A stretch of 64,000 bases of DNA from Paraphysomonas bandaiensis (Eukaryota > Protista > Chrysophyceae): assembly GCA_965644295.1 (NCBI GenBank), contig CBFFRP010000136.1:62001-126000 (forward strand), written 5' to 3'. The notes under the pieces were generated by a model. It made no database searches. It was not told the origin of the DNA and saw only the letters and a program-made list of their open reading frames with translations. Made by a program: the position numbers and the translations under genes. Shown here piece after piece: positions 12,002 to 24,122 of the stretch (within the stretch, counting starts at the first letter, position 1; every line of letters starts with the position of its first letter).

Positions 12002-12429
12002 ACATTTAATATAGAAACTACCTCTGTATATGAAAGTAGGTGCGGTAGTTACCTTTTGTATATAACATGACTGCAATTTAATTGTATGAATATGTATTTG
12101 CCTAAATAGAACAAATTGGCATTATCGAAGTAATAAATTTGTAACATATATTGATACTATTGTGTAACAAACGGTTCCGTATCGAACATCAGACAGTAGT
12201 ATCCTAGCAGATAATCGGAAAAGTAAACCTTTTCTATGCCAATGAATTTTATATTGTTACTACAAATATAATAACGCCCAACTCATTATGATAACATATA
12301 TATATTCGTGTGACACAACAGGAGAATATATCACATAATGGCGTCGGGTCTAGAGAGAATATCTGATTATTACATGAGAACGGTTGTGTACAGAAACTAG
12401 TTTTACATCTCTATGCTAACTAATAACTG

Positions 12430-13360
12430 GGCTTGCTATATACTACTAGTGGCGGGCATCCATCTCGGGACTGCTTGTGCATCGCTGCGAGCACCATAGT
12501 GCAACCGTCCCTTGCAGTGAGGTTAGTCGGGGGGTCTGTCTTTGGGCAGTGTGTCTGGCGGGCCTGTGTCATGGCTTTTACGGGGGATGGTTGGGGCTAG
12601 GTGTATATGAGAATGCAAGTCGGTGGAGGAGATGGTGCTGGTTGTCGAGGTAGGATTTCTGCCATAGATAAAGAGGAGTTGTTTCCGGAGTGGTGGCGCT
12701 TGTCGCTGTCAGATTCGGACTCTCGCAGAGGATAGTGTTCTTGGGGTGGATGTCGCTTGGAGTAGTTGGAGTGTTTTCAGTGTTGGGTGAGTGTCCTGTG
12801 ACTGACGTTGCTGTGAGTGTGGTGGGGTCGTAATCGTTGTTACTGGTGCCGTGTCTGTGTTGTGATGTCTGAGACCTCTGTTTTGAAGCATGCGGAGCCT
12901 TCCGTCATATATATAGGAGAAGGAGGATAGAGGTTACGGATTTTTCGACGACGTGGAACTGATGTTCGGACAGTGAGCTGGATATGTGGCGTCCGAATGC
13001 GTCGGCCAATTGTGTGGCAGTAATGTCGCCGGTCCAGTAGCGCTCAATCTAGGGTGTGTGTGGATTCCATGCGGCTTTTGCTAGTTTGGTTATGGCGGTG
13101 TGAAACCAGGGATGGGGTAGCGTGTGTGTGCAAAGTTTGTCAAGCTTGCTGTGGTGTGCTTGGTAAGCGTCTTCACGTATTTGAGTGAGGTCCGGTTATG
13201 TGCAGGTGAGAGGCATGTGCGCCATGTTGTCTTTTGGGTGCGCACAGTCTGCGCAAGCTGAGACCGTTATGTGATCATGCCCGGTTCTTCCTTTGGCTCG
13301 GTTTCTTCCCAGCGCATATGATTTGTCCCATACGTACGTTCTGGTAGGGAGATGGAGTAT
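12430..13360 (-). mobile_element. Decayed, 5'-truncated non-LTR retrotransposon (LINE ORF2 C-terminal region)
   Basis: Minus strand reads VWDKSYALGRNRAKG...CADCAHPKDNMAHMPLTC, a C-x2-C-x8-H-x4-C knuckle at 13202-13255. In-frame stops follow at 13196-13198 and 13049-13051. Strong A/C bias on the minus strand. Boundaries approximate. Confidence 0.7.
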
Positions 13361-13544
13361 TTGGAGGAGTTATGGGTACAGTTTCTGATTATGTATCACA
13401 GCTTTGGACAGGAATGAGTACGAGTACCACCAGCTCATCATAAAAGTCGTACTGATAAACACACAAATTATTAGCACAAGTATCATCTAACGGTGGGGTT
13501 CTTTCTGTTAGTAGAATAGACAGCAATTGTCGAATCTGTCCTTA

Positions 13545-13930
13545 CCAAGGCGCAACCACTTTCGCTCTATCACTCAAAGCAAACGCAGTGAGCAAGCAGA
13601 ATATTGATATACATGACATCATCTGCTGACTTCAGGATTTTTGAGTCCTCAAGGTGAACTAGCCCGGATTCTTAACTTCAGCAGGCAGCCCAATACCCCG
13701 GATGCCCTTCAGGGTAGCTGAATGAATGTTTGTACGTCAGGGGCCTCAAGACGTCTCTACAAAAGTGACACTTATTAGTGTCCTTAGTTCCACACATGCA
13801 TTTGACTATGAGTAAGCAGAACGATATCTGCTGTTTATGCTTGCGGTTCATGTTAGTTTCCGGGAGAAATATCTCCTGTACTTATCCTTTAGAACACCAC
13901 GACAAGGTGCAAGTCTGACTTTGTTGAAGG
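13545..13930. mobile_element. Copy A of a dispersed hairpin-rich inverted-repeat element
   Basis: 13545-13760 is homologous in reverse complement to 53981-54125 and 23423-23503; 13740-13930 is directly homologous to 54292-54482. Confidence 0.7.
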
Positions 13931-15263
13931 AACGGATACCATTGCGTCAGTAGACTACCCAACGTTTGGTTGCCTTTGAGGTGAAGAATTCCTCGTTTTG
14001 ATTTCTTCCTCAAGGCTCAAGCACTATTATTACCTACATTACGTATAGAAGATACTCAGTGTCATGATGAAGAGAACACAATTAGTTGTGGCAGTACACA
14101 AGCGTACACCTTCAACTAAAGTTTTCACTATAACACCTCGCCGTGTTTAGCATTCAAGGTGTAGGGATTTTTGTCACGGGTACTCAAGCCAGACAACTCA
14201 GCCTTATACTATTCGAGTACCGGTTACATGCAGAACCCTCTGGTAAGGTATACACTTAGAAGTATACCCCCAAAAGTATATTGCCTCTCACTTCACAGAA
14301 TCAATGAAAACGCACTATTGATATAACAATGCTATATCATATATATCTACATACAAACCACACTAAACCAGGTTTCATGATCACATCAACTTATTATTAT
14401 CACCTTTAAAACTTGTTAGTTTAACATATCATCGATTGCTGCAACAAAGCTGAAATCTACTATAGCAGATAGAAATTCTCAAGAGTAGTTTAACTTCAGA
14501 AGGTCAAGAGCAGTTTTAGAAGTACATGAAATACGCATCAGTGATAATTTATCTACATTATGCATGTGTTCCTAAGAGATACCGACGAAATAAGAAACGT
14601 ATGAATTATAGTGGGACTGTTATTCATCTTCTTCATTAACATTTTGGAATAAATGTTTTAAAGCTTTATAAAATCCATATCATACACATTTTCCAAATGT
14701 AAAGTGATATCCTATCTTCACAGAATTATTTTAAAATAATGCAGGAGATCAGAATGTATGGTTTCAACGCAGTAAACATGATGCTCACACGGAGCGATAC
14801 TCCAAGATTGTAGTGGGCGTTATGCTGTCAACCAAAAGGGGCAACAAAGACTCCCCACTAGACCGCGTCAGCGACGTGGACACACACGAAGTTCCCCCAG
14901 CTCGCGCTCAAAATGCAGCAATACACGATTCAAATCGAGCAACACCCAGCAAAAGCCACGGGTTCAGCGTTTACTACGCGTGAAGCGAAGACCTAACGCT
15001 CCCTTCCGATGCCGACTCCGTCAGCTACTCCTCTGCCCCAGGCCCAACTCACTGCAAAAGCCATTCCAAGACACGCAGGAGCCTCAACATACCCCCTCGT
15101 CCATGTATCTCAGGTTAAAAACACTTGACTCATTGATACAGAATCCTTCTCCACAAAGTTCTGAGGAGCTTTATCCTAAGGGGCGTCCTCTTGACTGATC
15201 CTTCTGTACTTCAAGGACAGAGTCCGTAGAGATCTTCTCCCTCACACACAAGAACGGAAGCAA

Positions 15264-15441
15264 TTGCACCTTGGTGCTTGCGGCGACGCACAAGCAGCTT
15301 CTGTAGCGCTAAATAGTAGGATATCAGAATTTGCACTAGTTAGTTACTGGTAGAGATCGATCTAGCTTGACTAGTCTTCGTCGTCTAACTACTTATCTGG
15401 TCTCTGTTCTTGACACCTACTGCTAATAACCAGACTTTCAC
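15264..15441 (+). mobile_element. Copy B (internal fragment) of the same element
   Basis: TTGCACCTTGGTGCTTGCG..CGCACAAGCAGCTT..TAGTAGGATATCAGA..TAGTTAGT shared with 23493-23575 and partly with 54120-54173. Confidence 0.7.
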
Positions 15442-15836
15442 ACACTGTGATATTTCAAACACAGTTACAATGTAAGGTGGATTTATAATTTATTATATGT
15501 GTAGTGCAGTAGTACGTATCAACTTATATATATACAAGCTGAAATCTATAAATTAAACTTTAGATAAATCACAAATACGATGATTTGCCTCACAGCAAAT
15601 TAGCTAGTGGCTGTTAACTACATGAAAAAGGTACATAAGAAAATGATAATTAAAAATACTCTATATTCAAATTATTTACTTTTGCAATATAAAGATAGCA
15701 GTGCTGGTCCGTAAAAGTGGGTATACGAATGCTTCTTATACTGAAGTATTCGAATTAAACTCATCAAAGAAATGAAAAAATATAAGAAAAATAATATTAC
15801 TTACGTAAAGAAATAGGCATTATATTCGTAAGTTAT

Positions 15837-18800
15837 TCATTCACTATCTTCGCACCAACTATCTTCGTTACTGGATATATATACATCATCCACATCATCT
15901 AATAAGTCAGTATCGCTATTCCCTTCTGACAATCGTTCCCCACCAATCGATACTGTGTGATCTCCCCAACCTTTCTGACCATTAGACTCAACAACAAACT
16001 CATTATCACTTTCCAAATCATCTTTCGGATTATTAGCTTTATCATTCTCAGGATAGCGTAGGTCAACATTTACATCCCAGCTGCTTAACTCCTCACCAAA
16101 ATCGCGTTCTATCCATTCTGCAACACAGACTCTCTCATTCATTCGTGAGGAATGGATGGAATCGAACATTAAACTTGAGCAATAAAGCGCAGAAAGCCAA
16201 TCATGCTCGTGGACCAAATCATCAACATCTCGTTTCTCTATACAATAAGTGTGCATCCAGTTCATGATATTGGCACGAGCTTTGCCAGTATGAACACGCA
16301 TTTGAGGAACAGATCGTACTAATCCTTTAGGTAATGGATATAACGCTTTAACCATGTCATCTGTTAATGTTTGTGAAAGTGATTGTACAGAGTCTATGCA
16401 AAGTAAACACCATCCAAACACCGGATACAAAAAGTAGGGTGATGCCCAGTCCTGAGATTCGACTTTTAACTTCAAGTGCTGCCCAACACTGGTGTCACTA
16501 TTCATTGGAGTTGAGACAGAGGGATCTGCGTTGCATTGTTTATCCCGCCAAGCGAAGCAGGTTATCAGAACTGTCTCCAAAGACAAAATCACCGTTCTAC
16601 AGACCCGAACAACCAACGACGCCAACGATGCTACAGTATGCAAGTGCTTTCTCTGGACTATTATATGATCAAACTCCAATACAACAAAAACAAACAGTTG
16701 CATTGCATGAATAGCAGAAAAATATGGTCCCATATACAAGGCTTTATCTTTTTTCGACCGGTTACTGTTTGGTATCGTAGGGCGAGCTAGTACTAATATT
16801 GACGGAACAAAACACAGAGCAAAAGACAAGTACTTGGAGAAATTATTCGGTGACACGCGTCGTATTCTGGGCCCAGTCTTGTCATGCTTTCTAAATATTT
16901 CACAGGACATGTATAAATACGAATTTGGCTCAACTGATGTACTACCAGTGTATAAAGACTCCGCGACACCGTCGACTTCATTGTTGATATCCTCCGCACC
17001 CAAAGATTTGCTTCCACTACTTACACGTGTTCTTGTCTCAGCAGTACCACTTTCAGGAGTGAAACGAACAACTGGGCGCTTCGAGCGTGCAGTTCTTCGA
17101 AGTGATTGATAAGAACCATCAATTCGTTGTGAGTGTGATGACGCCAATGTCTCGTCCTCCACTGACTGTACAGTATCGCTGCTCCTGCTATGAAGTATAG
17201 CTTCCATAAGTACCAAAAACAAACCATACACACGGTGATCATAGCTTTTAGTGCTACACTCCGAATACCACCATTGAATAAAGCAAGCGCGGAATACTTG
17301 AAAAGATTCGTTCTCTGACATGTTAAATAAACTACTTGAAGGCCGTGCCTTTTCGCGGGGTGGTGATAAGGCTATATTCATCACAGCCTTACATTGGTTA
17401 ACTACCTTGGCAAAGTTACCCACACCTCTATAGGTATGTTTCCAATATACAGTCATCAAATCCCCTGGAAGAGAAAACAAATACTCTTTTAGCTGTTCTT
17501 TGAGAGTATTACTGACAACGGATGAACTCGCGTGTGGAAATATCGACTGAGGATTGAACTCATGAACTTCTTTCAAAAGACTCCACGCAAGAGAAGAAAT
17601 TCGGCGAGACAGTCGTGTGCCTTTAGTCAACAAGAAAAGGAATTTCATTCCTGTCAAAGAAACCACAGAATTGAGAGTTGAAACCACGTGCTGTTCTACA
17701 ATAGAATAAAAGTATACAAGTCTTTCTTCATGACTACAGTCTTCCATGTATTCTGATGAAGACACAAATCGGCTGCTACTCTTCTCTGTACGAATCTCAG
17801 AGACTTTCAACACCTGAAAATTGCACATAATAAAGTTCCGAATCATTTTATTGAAGATAGGAGAATCCACAAGGGATACAGAACTGTCCTGATCCCAAGC
17901 ACATTTCTCTGACACATACATATCAAGAGACATGTAGAGTATACTAATCAAAAGTGAATATCCATTATAGTCCAATAAACTACAAGGGAAATTATCCTCA
18001 TCCCCCCCCCCACACTGTAACTCAGGGCCACGAACTGTCCTCAGTCTCTCAGAAAGCAATCTCATAATCGGAAGAAGCGAGCACATATGAAAAAACGTTT
18101 CTTCTTGGGTAATAATATTGGAAGCATACATCATCGGTGTAGCAATATCAGTGCTGCTATAAGAACTTGATCCGGAAGGGGTAGAAAAATTTCCAGATAT
18201 ATTGAATTGAAATATGAACTCATCGTTATTTTGTACATCACATTTCTTGTGATTATAAGTAATCTCTCGATGCGCTGTAAACAGCTGACGACATATATAC
18301 GTCGCAATATACAACCCCATATTAGAAAATAGAGGACATGACACCTCAGTCAAGGCGTCTGATATTTCAAAGGAATTTTTCTTTGCAAGATTCACGCAAA
18401 CATTTGCCAACCTTTGGGGATCTGTAACTACTGTATCTAACGCGAGGTACTGCTTCATATGAACTACAGGCAAGTGGCATGTCATCCTATCTATGTCTTG
18501 GCTAAGTTGACATATCAAAATTTTTATTTTCTGCAACAGAAAGTCCTGTAAAGTGAAAGTAGAGGTAGAAACAAGGCACTTACATTTGAAATGTCACTGA
18601 TATCGCATCCTCCATTATTCTCACACACTTTTAAATTTGAAAATGATGTTCCGGCTTTTCGTTTTTTACCAAGCATTTTCATATCAGCTTGGTGTGGACC
18701 GTTTGTAGGTATAGAGTTCTTCCGAGTTGCTCCATTGAGACATACAGTCTCGCAGACTCTCAAAAAATGCCTAATACAAGCTCATCATAAGAATTTCCAT

Positions 18801-21538
18801 TTATATATCTCAGCATTACCTTGCTTGAGAAAAGAATGCAACACAACGACAGAGCAGTGAGTCCTCGTCTAGAGACTTACTAGCCCCACCCAAAAACAAA
18901 GTCACACCCGATCTCAAGTAGCCCATCAGCACTGACCCAGCAAGGCAAAATTCAAGCGCCAGCTGTAACGGTATGAGAGGGTCAGTGACTTTGCCCTGAT
19001 CAACACTCACGACTCCAGCTGCCGAAAACTCTTCCCAGCAACTGCGTACCTGCAGGATCTTATCATCCACACATGATGACACTGACTCGTGTGTCGAGAG
19101 TATTAAATGCACACATAATTTGCCAAACGTGCTATTCGATCGAAGAGCATACACACGCCCATGCACACAGGCGGCTCTATACGTCATCCAAACTAGAGAC
19201 CGGAGAGTGTAAGAAGCCGAAGAAGTTGTAGAACTAGATAGATTGCATCCGGACATCATATATTTGATCATATTCACAGATACACAGGCAAGTGAGTAGT
19301 CAATCATGGACAAATTGTGTTGTTCAAAATTATTAGCGGAATTGTGTAGATGTGAGAAGCCAAGATGAAATTCAGCCGTCGCAGTGGCATTCAATGCTTT
19401 CTCTCCTGCTTTCAATGCTTTCTCTCCCCTACACATAATCTTTAACTACAAAAGGACAAGGGCTTGTATAATCCCAGTGCATTGATAGTACCTGAAAAGG
19501 TTCGGGTATCCACTGCAAAAGTCATCCCAGCATACTTGTAGCGTTGACTGCAATTGACCAAAATACTCGCTCATGCTAGACCTATAATACGTAATATAAT
19601 GGCTAATTACTGTTATCACATTGGTAGACATACATGCGGGCCGAAATCACAGCAAGCACATCCAAAGCATATGCAACACTGTAATCTCTCCGTCTGCTCA
19701 CGCAGCGCTGAATCCAAGACAAGATCGCAGCCAAATCCTGGTTTACGAATGATTGGCTGCGTAGTAAGAGCATTTGATCAAACATGTATCCAGCGATGAG
19801 TACTCCAACTGCAGATCTGCTATACAATTGCTGTGAAGGAGGGAGGATGGCATCCTCAGTTCCAGCTTCAATTCGAAATACAGTGCCCGCTCCACTTCGC
19901 ACCATAAACCCCCCCTGACTAACAAGAATATGCTCAATAGCTGGGTCGGAGGGTGCAGATTGACCCAAGAGTTTCTGGATAACTATCAGCAGTGTGTTCT
20001 CCAACGAAGAAACTCTGCCAATTGATTTCGTGATACACATAATGATTCTGACACAAACGTGATATAAAAACGGAATAAACAAGATCTAGAGCACCTGTGA
20101 AGAACATATGGACAGGGAAGCTCTAACATATTAGTCTTGTACTGATTGTACCCGAACTTTTCAATACTTGGAGCATGAATCCTATCTATGAGTGATGTCA
20201 AAACCGACCCCACAGTTTCGAGATTTTCGGAGACAATGTTCTCCAAAATAACAACTGCATTTTTCGAAATAGCGAGACGATCTCTTAAATCTCGTTTTCC
20301 TCCGGCATAAGCGATCAATTTTTCAGCTAACACCACACGAACCGGAGGTAAGGACCTGCCAGTCCTCGCAGCTATCGGTAGTGGGGACAGAGACCCGTGA
20401 TGCTCACAGCCATAGCAATGGCGAATCAACGTCTTGACGATAGCTTCACGCAGCTCAACAGCGTGTCTATACACACTTTTGAATAAGGATATTACATCAC
20501 CCAATAAACCGTTGGGCTGTAGTGGCCACTGTCTCTCAGTATGAGCGGGAATAATGTGAGGCAATCGGTCCAATAACCAACCTGCCATTCGCCATATTCC
20601 GGGGATCATGAGAGACCAAACCTCGTTGCTGCTTCGCAACTTAATCACAGTTTTCAGAATACCGAAAGGAAAAACTTTACTAGCTAGCCACGCGCGAACA
20701 ATACGACTACAGACACTCGCAGTCCCGTCCGCACAGTCCCCAGAAAGAAACAACACTGCTGCAACGTCGAGAGTGTCAGGTTGAACTGGTGCTGTGCTAA
20801 TCGCCATCTTGTAAACCTGCGATAGCCATATATGTGCTGCCTTGGGACAAGCTGGTAGCGTCTCTCGCATAGCTTCTAACACCAGCGACAATGTAGACAT
20901 TGGCAGAGGTGCTATCTAAACAACGAATACTTTTACTCCGGACAAGGTAATGATACAGATACACAAATTACCTCTTCTCGTATTTTACGAATTATCCTAG
21001 CACCATCCACCTCAAATATGTTCTTAATTAGAACACGAAAGAGGAACGGTATATCTGATTCATCAACAACTGTTATGGCATCTTCAGCTAATTCAGCGAA
21101 ACGAAATCTCAATTGTGGAGACAAAGGCAAATCAATGAGAGCTGATATTACACATAAAATAAATCTGCTGTCAGAACAAGCAAGTGAATGAAGCTCTTCA
21201 AATGCCTCTTCTATTATAGCCGGTGATGCAACGCCAAAAATACTTGGAACGATCTCAATAAATGGTGACGGGTCACTGAATGAAGCCAAATGAGAGAGTA
21301 AAACCACTCCAACTTGAAGGTTCGATGATCCAATCTTCCTCACCAGAGCAGCAATAGAGCTTAATATAGAAGACTCTATATTATTATGTAAGATAACTGC
21401 ACTGAGTAAACTATCAATGATGTGTTCTGAGGCAGATGGATCTGATGATTCAAGGAGACAATGGGCCTCGTCAACAGCTACTTGAAGAGGCTTTTCATTC
21501 AACCATGATTTACAAATCTCGTAGAGGGAATTATCCAT
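15837..21538 (-). CDS. FANCD2: Divergent FANCD2-like helical-solenoid protein (multi-exon)
   Basis: Exon 1 (FIEIVPSIF...LCVISALIDLPLSPQ...VDESDIPFLFRVLI...IIRKIREE) resembles, from recall, human FANCD2 IITSLPEIL...PILDVLSSLRLD...RLEDLPVIIKFIL...VISELREK. LLIVIQKLL resembles the K561 motif MHLVIRKQL. In-frame introns include 20971-20916 and ~20094-20049. The C-terminal half is poorly recognisable. Confidence 0.6.
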
Positions 21539-21986
21539 TTATTCCCTGATAATTTAAGAAATGTCTGTTGATAAGAACATGCTTTCTGGTCTAGTCGTTA
21601 AGCTGATAGTTCAAACTCTTACATACATATACAGAGTACCATACGCATACACCTCCATATCCATACAGCAGCAGACACATGCTGGTGCTGCCATATATTC
21701 TATATAGGGCACTTCTATACCTTTAAAAACCCAGATTTCAACCAATGGCTCTGCTAAAAATCTTTTGTTTTTTGAGGTGTGGGTGATATGGGACATTTAT
21801 TCCCTATATCATCTAGACGTACAGAGTACTGTACATACAGCAGAGGGAGGTGGGGTTGGGTGGGGTGTGTGGTTGTTATGTTAGGATTCATTTGCAGTTG
21901 ACATATACATACATACACATATATGTATCTTCCGCATCTGTCATAGTCAGCTTGCCACTCCTTTACAAAGCCCCGCATTCATAACA

Positions 21987-22900
21987 ATGGAAAACATTGC
22001 ATCCATGTTATTCAGTCTAGCCAGTAGTTGGGAGACAGAAGTGGAGAGGACTTTTAACTGCGAGTTCATGCATGACTGGATGGAACGTAATGGAAACTTA
22101 TTTTTCCTTTCTGTTGCAGTCTATTTATGCTTCTGCTACTTTGGTATTAAATTCATGGAAAATAAGAAGCGCTTTGATTTGCGTATACCACTGGCGATGT
22201 GGAATGCATTCTTGAGTGTGTTCAGCACTATCGGCATGTTGAGAACCGCTCCTGTGCTAATCGGAAAGTTGTTGACTGAATCTTTCGAGAATACTATTTG
22301 CGCTGATGCAACTGAAGCGTATGGTAATGGAACAGTTGGTTTCTGGACAATGCTCTTTATTTTGTCGAAAGGTTTTCTATACAGTTTTTAGTAATATTTA
22401 TCCTGATGTGTTGCACAGTCCCGGAATTATTCGATACTGTGTTCATTGTGCTGCGGAAACGTCAACTCATTGTCTTGCACTGGTATCATCATGGTAAGAG
22501 CAATTTTATATTTTAGATGTGTAGTAATGCTTGCAAAGCGTCGGTTTTACTGTACTGCTGGCATGCCTACACCACGAGAGCTGGTTCCGGTCTGTACTTT
22601 GTGGCCATGAACTATTCTGTTCATGCCTTCATGTATGGGTACTTCTGCTTGCAAGCCCTTCGAGTCATGCCAAAATGGTTCCCTTCTTATCTTATTACGA
22701 TCTTCCAGATTACACAGATGATAATTGGAACTTTTGTGTGTGCGTCAGCATGGTACTACCACATGAATGGCAGGGACTGCAAGAATGATAAGAACAACCT
22801 CATTGCTGGGGCAATTATGTATGCCTCATATCTTCTCTTTTTCCTGGAGTTCGCTATCACAAAATTTGTATTGCCACCCAAGAAAACAAAGTCTGCATAA
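21987..22900 (+). CDS. ELO/GNS1-SUR4 fatty-acid elongase (ELOVL6-like), 3 exons
   Basis: Spliced sequence contains [20 protein letters not shown], the LHWYHH box, [20 protein letters not shown], and C-terminal KKTKSA. Confidence 0.95.
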
Positions 22901-23422
22901 GTACAAGGGCTACACAGAGTTGCCTATTATGCACATGTGTCGTCAGAAATTTTCATAATGTTACTAATTCATCACACCATTGTGAAATCAACGGAAACCT
23001 ATTTCTACGAGTCTCCACATTACATAACACATTTTTGATCAAATGAGTAAGGGTAGTGATACTGTCATTATTACATATCCATGCTAATATTCACTACTGT
23101 CAGTACAACAACTGTGCTAACTTTTTAGCATTACAATCAACAAACAGTAATAATATATGATAAAAATATCATGGCTATACTTTACTTTAGATGAAAGGAT
23201 TTTGGAATTATGGTGTAAACTAGCGAATGAATTTATAAACCGTTAAATAATGTGTCGCAGATATGATATATGATGTCATTATTCTATATAGACATAGAGT
23301 ATTCCCGTATCCCTCCTCTTCAATTGCGACAGGCCTGTCTTCTACACTGCGTCCTTGTACAGTAGACAGTAGACTGATCTGCCTGCTTCAATTTATACGA
23401 CTGGCAGCAATCAATCAAAACG

Positions 23423-23640
23423 GCAGATAACGAACTAAGTGGAATATGCTCAATGCTCACTGTGTTTGTTTTGAATGATAGGGCAAAAGTGGTTGCACCT
23501 TGGTGCTTGCGTGACGCACAAGCAGCTTTCGTAGCGATAAGTAGTAGGATATCAGAGTTAAGCGTTAGTTAGTTAAATTGCAATGCTAGATTAGTTCTGG
23601 CTGATAAATGCCTGTGTCTAATAATAAGATTTTCACTACT
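23423..23640 (+). mobile_element. Copy C of the dispersed element
   Basis: TGCTCACTGTGTTTGTTTTGAATGATAGGGCAAAAGTGGTTGCACCTTGG...TAGTAGGATATCAGAGTTAAGC bridges copies A, B and D. Confidence 0.7.
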
Positions 23641-24122
23641 TAGAAGTAATGATTTCAACATCTTCTGCTTTTTGTTCCAGTCTAGTTGAAATCACTCATA
23701 TATTCATTAAGATAATAATTGTCTTGTTAGCTCATTATAATTAAAGCCGATTTCTTCACACACCACACATGTATCATCATTCATTATTTTTTACCTCGTT
23801 ATTACGGTTTGAGCGCTTTGTAATCATCAAGTTGCACGAGCATTTCATGGTTTTCGATAATCGGGTAATATATAATATAGTACTAACCACCAGTACATAA
23901 TAGATTTTAGCAAGCAAAACACAAAAAGTAGGGTGGTTGATGCCGCTTATTTTACCTTACCCAGAACTTGTTCAAAGTCCAAAGCGTTTTAGAAGCACCC
24001 ACAGTAAAACTTATGTATGTACTACTTTCGGTATTTATTCAAAGTCTTTTCTAACTTCATTCATGAATACAATAGATCTAATTATTATACACACCACTTT
24101 GTCAAATAATCCTACAATGCTA

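Noticed and set aside
14800-15260. A/C-rich stretch with a 72-aa ORF
   Set aside because: Possibly another retroelement remnant, but no diagnostic motif could be read
19390-19427. 21-bp tandem duplication (GEKALKA/GEKALNA) at an exon edge
   Set aside because: Real but small and in-frame; no evidence of function
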